Positions 41,312 to 45,924 of a stretch of DNA of 45,924 bases are shown here, piece by piece. How positions within the stretch are numbered: the stretch's first letter is position 1; each line of letters opens with the position of its first letter. Position numbers and translations under genes: made by a program. Location: NCBI GenBank assembly GCA_021432655.1, contig MU271183.1, positions 62,001 through 107,924 of the forward strand. Direction: 5' to 3'. Below the pieces are notes generated by a model. The model did not search any database. It was not told the origin of the DNA and saw only the letters and a list, made by a program, of their open reading frames with translations. This DNA is from Atractiella rhizophila. Its lineage: Eukaryota.

Positions 41312-43888
41312 ATGCAGGAATCATCCAGCGAGCGAGCAATGATGGGGATTGAGATGTTAACGTCCAGAAAGTATCAGGAGGAGGCGCTGATCGCTGCAAA
41401 GAGGGAGAATGTGATTATTAGAATGCCAACGTGGGTCTCCTCTTTACCAAATATTTAATTTCAGCTCCGCGGTGAGGCTCCTCGCTCCTGTGGTTGTGAC
41501 TGCAATAAAAGATGTGGAATTTCTAAAGCTCTGAAGCATGAAAGCTTCCACGGTCACTTCACTTGATCTCTTCATCTGTGCTGGTAGACTAGACAGGGAC
41601 ATCGTAGACATTTCTCACCTCGCGAGGGTACAGTACTCCCACTCCCTGTATCCTAGTAAATATCCAGATACAATATTTTACATTTTTCTCCCGGAAAAGA
41701 TATCTGTTTGAGTTGTGAGATTACGGGTGGATATTCCAAGGAGATTTGTGAGCGAGTCGGGGTGATATCGACATCCAACAAAAGGAGAATGAAGTTGTCT
41801 AGAATTGCTCAAAATCCCAACATGGCACAGTATCTGGGGATGTTTGATTTATTCAAAGCAAATTTGAGATTCTCACGCCTTTTTGATGTATTTTTCTTTT
41901 CAGTTCTTTGATGACAGTATGTTAGCCTGACTGACTTAAAATCACGCTGTTGTATAGAGGCTCTGGAAAGACTCACGTGGCCGCTCTTCTGATCAAAGAG
42001 ATGTTGTCCATGCCTCTGGAACCAGGTCAAACAGAGGCTAAGGTATGTATGCCTTGACTTCATCGCACTGGGCTGATGGAAAGAATAGAAAATCATCTTC
42101 CTCGTGGACAAAACGCTGCTAGTGCATCAACACATTGGTACACTGACGCGGTACATGCCTTCACTAGCGTCCCGCCTCAAACATTATTTTGGAATGAGCT
42201 GCGATAGCTGGCCAGTGTCTCAATGGCTCGAAGAATTTGCTTCTCTCGATGTTGCCGTCATGACAGCACAAATCTTCTTGAACCAATTACGTGCCGGGAC
42301 TTGGCTGTTAGACAAATGCCAGCTGGTCGTCTTCGATGAGTGCCACCATGCAACCAAGAGCCACCCATATGTTACGATCCAAGAGGAAGTGTACATGAAG
42401 ATGGAGGGTGAGAGACCGAAGATTCTGGGCCTCACTGCGAGTCCGATATACAATAGTGAGTCGGAGAAGGCGAAGAGAGACTTAGCGTATGTCTTACTAC
42501 TTGACTTCAAGCAAATGAGTCGTCGAGTAGTGACATTTGGTCTGGTGTAGCAAACTCGAACGTATCCTCGATTGTCGCATTCACGAAACTAAGCTTCACG
42601 TTGAGGAGTTGAAGCTGTTCTCACCCACTCCCGTTGAATCGATATATGGCTATCCAAGATCTGAATTAGGAGAACCTCGCCCCGTTTCTCCCATCGAAAA
42701 CTTATTCAAATCTTGTATCTGGATCTGGAAGAAGTTTACAGAAGGGCCGGGGAAGATGTACAAGGCATTTTTGGATGCAAACCAAGTTAAACGTTCCCAG
42801 TACCTTGATAACGTTGAGGCTGATTATGTTTTACAGCACCTTGGAACTGTAGGAGGAGACATATATCTGTACCTTTGGCTGGGCGAATTCAAGAACCATG
42901 TCGATAACCACCCCGCATTCCACTCGATGAAGCAGGACACACGTCGTTATTCGCAGCTTCAGCGGTTATATTCTCTAATGAAGACAGCTGTTGAAGCTCT
43001 TCCAACTTTTGTTCCATACAGTTCCTTCACCAGCGAACAGTTTCGGCACGACGACCTCGACCGGATGCAATACGATCCCTTCCCTTCTGAACTCCTAGTC
43101 AGCAATGACGGCTTCTCGCACAGACTTCGGCTGTTCCTATCCCTCCTTCCCATCTACCGAGACGTTGCATCTGATAAATTTCAATGTCTCGTCCTCTGCC
43201 AGACTAGGTTGCAATGCGAGGTATTGTGCGAAATTGTGAATCGCTTTTCCGGCTACCAGTGGATCAAGGCGGGCTGGCTGGTTGGTCATGGGGATAGCAA
43301 GGACGGAGTGAAAAGGGATATGCAAACAGAAGTCGAGGCCAACATGAAAGTGGAGGAACAACTCAACATGATGAATGGTTTCAAAAGAGGAGATATTAAT
43401 CTGCTCGTCGCCACCAACATTGCGGAAGAGGGGATTGTATGTTTGACACTGCTCCCTTCTTCCACATCAAATTGAGATTGCCATGCAACAGGATGTCCCT
43501 GCTTGTAATCTGGTTGTGCGCTTCGATCCACCGCAGACCTTGGTAGTTGTTTTCTCTTTTTGTGTGTGGTCAGTGATGACATATCATGGCACTGTGGCAG
43601 GTCTCCTACGTGCAATCTCGCGGACGTGCCAGGCGTCACAATTCATATTACGTCCTGCTGGCTTCCAACGAGGACGAACGGCAGAAGTATGTGAAATGGA
43701 AGGAACAAGAGCTGACTCTCCTGGCGCAATATCGAAATAGGGAGGACATGGAGAACCTGCAAGCACAATCGGAACCGGACCACTTTTTCTTCCAGGGAAG
43801 CGCATCAGCTTCGAAACGTTTGGCTGGAACGATGTCGATTTTTCCAATGAAGCTGTTTCTTTCTCCCTTGTCGGCACTCAGCTTATGA
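41312..43888 (+). CDS. Dicer-like B, 5' part: helicase-only ORF ending shortly after HelC
   Basis: RKYQEEALIAAKRENVIIRMPT|GSGKT, VFDECHHA, ILGLTASP, LLVATNIAEEGIDV, VSYVQSRGRAR. The frame then reads non-homologous sequence to TGA at 43886-43888. Confidence 0.75.
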
Positions 43889-45924
43889 CGTGGCAAGATC
43901 AAGAAGCAAAACGAAATGAGTTGCTACGACTGGACAAATGGAATCGCAAGTGCTTTATGGTCTCATTGAACCGACGGTTTGTGAGGGAAGACATTTCTCA
44001 TCATCAGGAATCCCTCAATGGAACTGCACCGGAGAAGTCGCATTTTCGATTACTCTGGCTTCTCGCCCCCCTTGACTCTGAAAATGCCGTCAATTGGACG
44101 CTAGTCGACGAACCTTGGATCCCCATTCGCAATCAGTGTGACTTGCAGGATCTGGAACAGTCGATTATTGTTTCGCCATATCGGCCACTCACCTGCCGGC
44201 TCTTCAAATTCATCACTCACCGTCCAGACATATCGCCTTCGTCTGAAATTCAACTCCCACTTCTAGGCAGAATTAAATGGGCGAATTATAGCGAATGGTT
44301 CTCATACTCGAGAAAGTATTATCCTTGTGTTCGGGCAACACCAGAGACTAACTTCTTCCTGGAACTCGAGAGCCGTCCCAAATCTCGAAATTTTCTTGAT
44401 GGGACGTCTCAATCGAAGCAGCTCAACCAGGGACCGCACCAATTGATCCTGCCCGACAACTTGTGCGCGATTGACCGCCTGGGAGAAGGCATGTGGAAGG
44501 CATTCAGGCATGCTCCCAGCTTCAGCCGGAAAATTCACGATGGGTTGCTGGTTCGGCTGGCAGCTCAGAAATGGAAGATGCAATCTGTACCCAGCTCCCT
44601 CCTTACTGAGGCCCTTACTTTGCCTGTTTGCGGTGTTGGGTTCGACTACGAGTGAGTTCCCCCATACCATGCTGCAAAATACTAACAAGTTCGCAGACGC
44701 CTCGAATATCTAGGAGACTCGTTCGCAAAATTGGTTTGTTGTTTAATACTTTTTCAGCAAGTTGTTTACGAGAATACAGGCTTCTAGCGTGCACCTTTTC
44801 TTGCTCGAGGATTCCACAGGAAGATTGCTAGATGAGGGTAGCCTGAGCTGTCGCCGTCAAGCCTCAATTAGCAACTTCACCTTCAGAAAGCGAGCATTGG
44901 AAACTGGAATACATAGCTATTTCTCCACGCTTCCTATACGACCCTATGCCTGGAAACCCCCTTCCACCGATTTGCACAAGCTGTCACTGGACGGCCAACA
45001 CCTGGTTCGGAATGTTACACGTCGTAGTCTGTCAGACGTCACCGAGGCGTTGATGGCGGCGGCGTACCTCACTGGAGGGATTGAAGGAGCCTTGGATACC
45101 TCTAGGGAGCTCCAGTTGTCGTTCGGAAAGCGTGAGGATGGAAGTTGGCAGGAACGATGGGAAGCTAAAATGCGAAATGAACAAGAGTATCCGGCTGGAC
45201 CTGTATTACGAGACCTAGAAACGACTCTCAATTATCGCTTTCGAGATTCCCGCTCCCTGTTGCGCGCATGTTGCCATAGGAGCTTCTTGGCCGCAGATGC
45301 CTGTTACGAAAGGGAGGAATTCTTAGGGGATGCTGTTATCGATTTTTTCGTTGCGAACAAGCTCTACCATCTATTCCCCAATGCGCCCCCCTCCCGATTA
45401 ACAGTCCTTCGCTCCATGCTCGTCTGCAATCCTACTTTGTCTTACTTAAGCTTCAAGCTCCGCCTTCACAACTATATTCGAATGTCTCCAGCGTCATCCG
45501 CCCACGCAGCCATCCACGCAGCACATGAGGAATTCAAAGAATTTTCTCCACCCGACTCTACCTGGCTTTCAAGTATCCCTTGGACCTGGGACCCGCCTAA
45601 AATCCTAAGCGATGTTTTCGAGTCGGTTATTGGTGCCATTTTCTGTGACTCAAAATTTGATCTCGATTTGACGTGGAGGATTTTGGACGATATTTTCGGA
45701 GAGTTGCTTCTCGTCATCCAAAAATGTGGTGATTTTGTGAGAGATCCATGGTCTTTGATGGAATTGCGAATGGTCAAGGACACTCGCTGTCGCAAATGGA
45801 AAGTGGTTCACAGGTACGTTAACGAATGACTATGAAGATAGATTTGTTCATGCCCTGGTAGTCAAGGGGAACCTGGCCTGAGGCTCGCCCAGATTATGTG
45901 TCATGACAAGGAGATTGGTTCAGG
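43885..45924 (+). CDS. Dicer-like B, 3' part: linker, RNase IIIa, RNase IIIb and start of the dsRBD; runs off the window end
   Basis: Collinear with Dicer A from GKRISFETFGWNDVD onward. Has YERLEYLGDSFAKL...SDVTEA and YEREEFLGDAVID...SDVFESVIGA, with no internal stops after splicing. It is in a different frame from the helicase part. Confidence 0.8.

Noticed and set aside
43687..43795. GTATGT...TTCCAG as an intron repairing the Dicer B frameshift
   Set aside because: The donor is phase 2 but phase 1 is required. This splice enters the third frame and stops at about 43848.
33128..45924. POP3 adjacent to two Dicers as a putative RNA-processing cluster; Dicer introns as RNase P/MRP RNA
   Set aside because: The adjacency is likely chance. 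I did not find the P4/CR-I and CR-V consensus of RNase P or MRP RNA in the introns.

Overview
Gene-dense eukaryotic DNA with many short (about 50-60 nt) GT-AG introns and CTRAC branch points, consistent with a basidiomycete fungus. There are no prokaryotic operons, CRISPR arrays, rRNA or tRNA genes, or intact transposons. I hand-spliced about 18 protein-coding genes. In order: an acidic low-complexity protein, a secreted CBM4/9-like protein, a DUF7053-like protein, a GT77 glycosyltransferase with an extra C-terminal domain, an Fe-ADH, ORM1, the ArfGAP GCS1, the AAA ATPase AFG2, an orphan gene, a J-domain protein, a CPD photolyase, an Ams2/Spt21-like GATA protein, NDUFB4, a short taxilin-like protein, ISD11, POP3, and two tandem Dicer-like genes (the second runs off the window end). 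The Dicer locus is the most interesting part. Copy B lacks about 180 aa present in copy A, including the DUF283 domain, and changes frame at that junction. As a result an otherwise intact helicase ORF ends in an ATGA stop/start overlap with an otherwise intact RNase IIIa/IIIb-dsRBD ORF. This could be a split Dicer, a very recent pseudogene, or an assembly error. Both Dicers also have an unusually long, structured first intron that splits Walker A and shares a hairpin-embedded GCATGAAAGC motif. The first POP3 intron holds a candidate H/ACA snoRNA. CDS coordinates are gene spans including introns. Exon boundaries and family calls come from reading motifs by eye, not from database searches.
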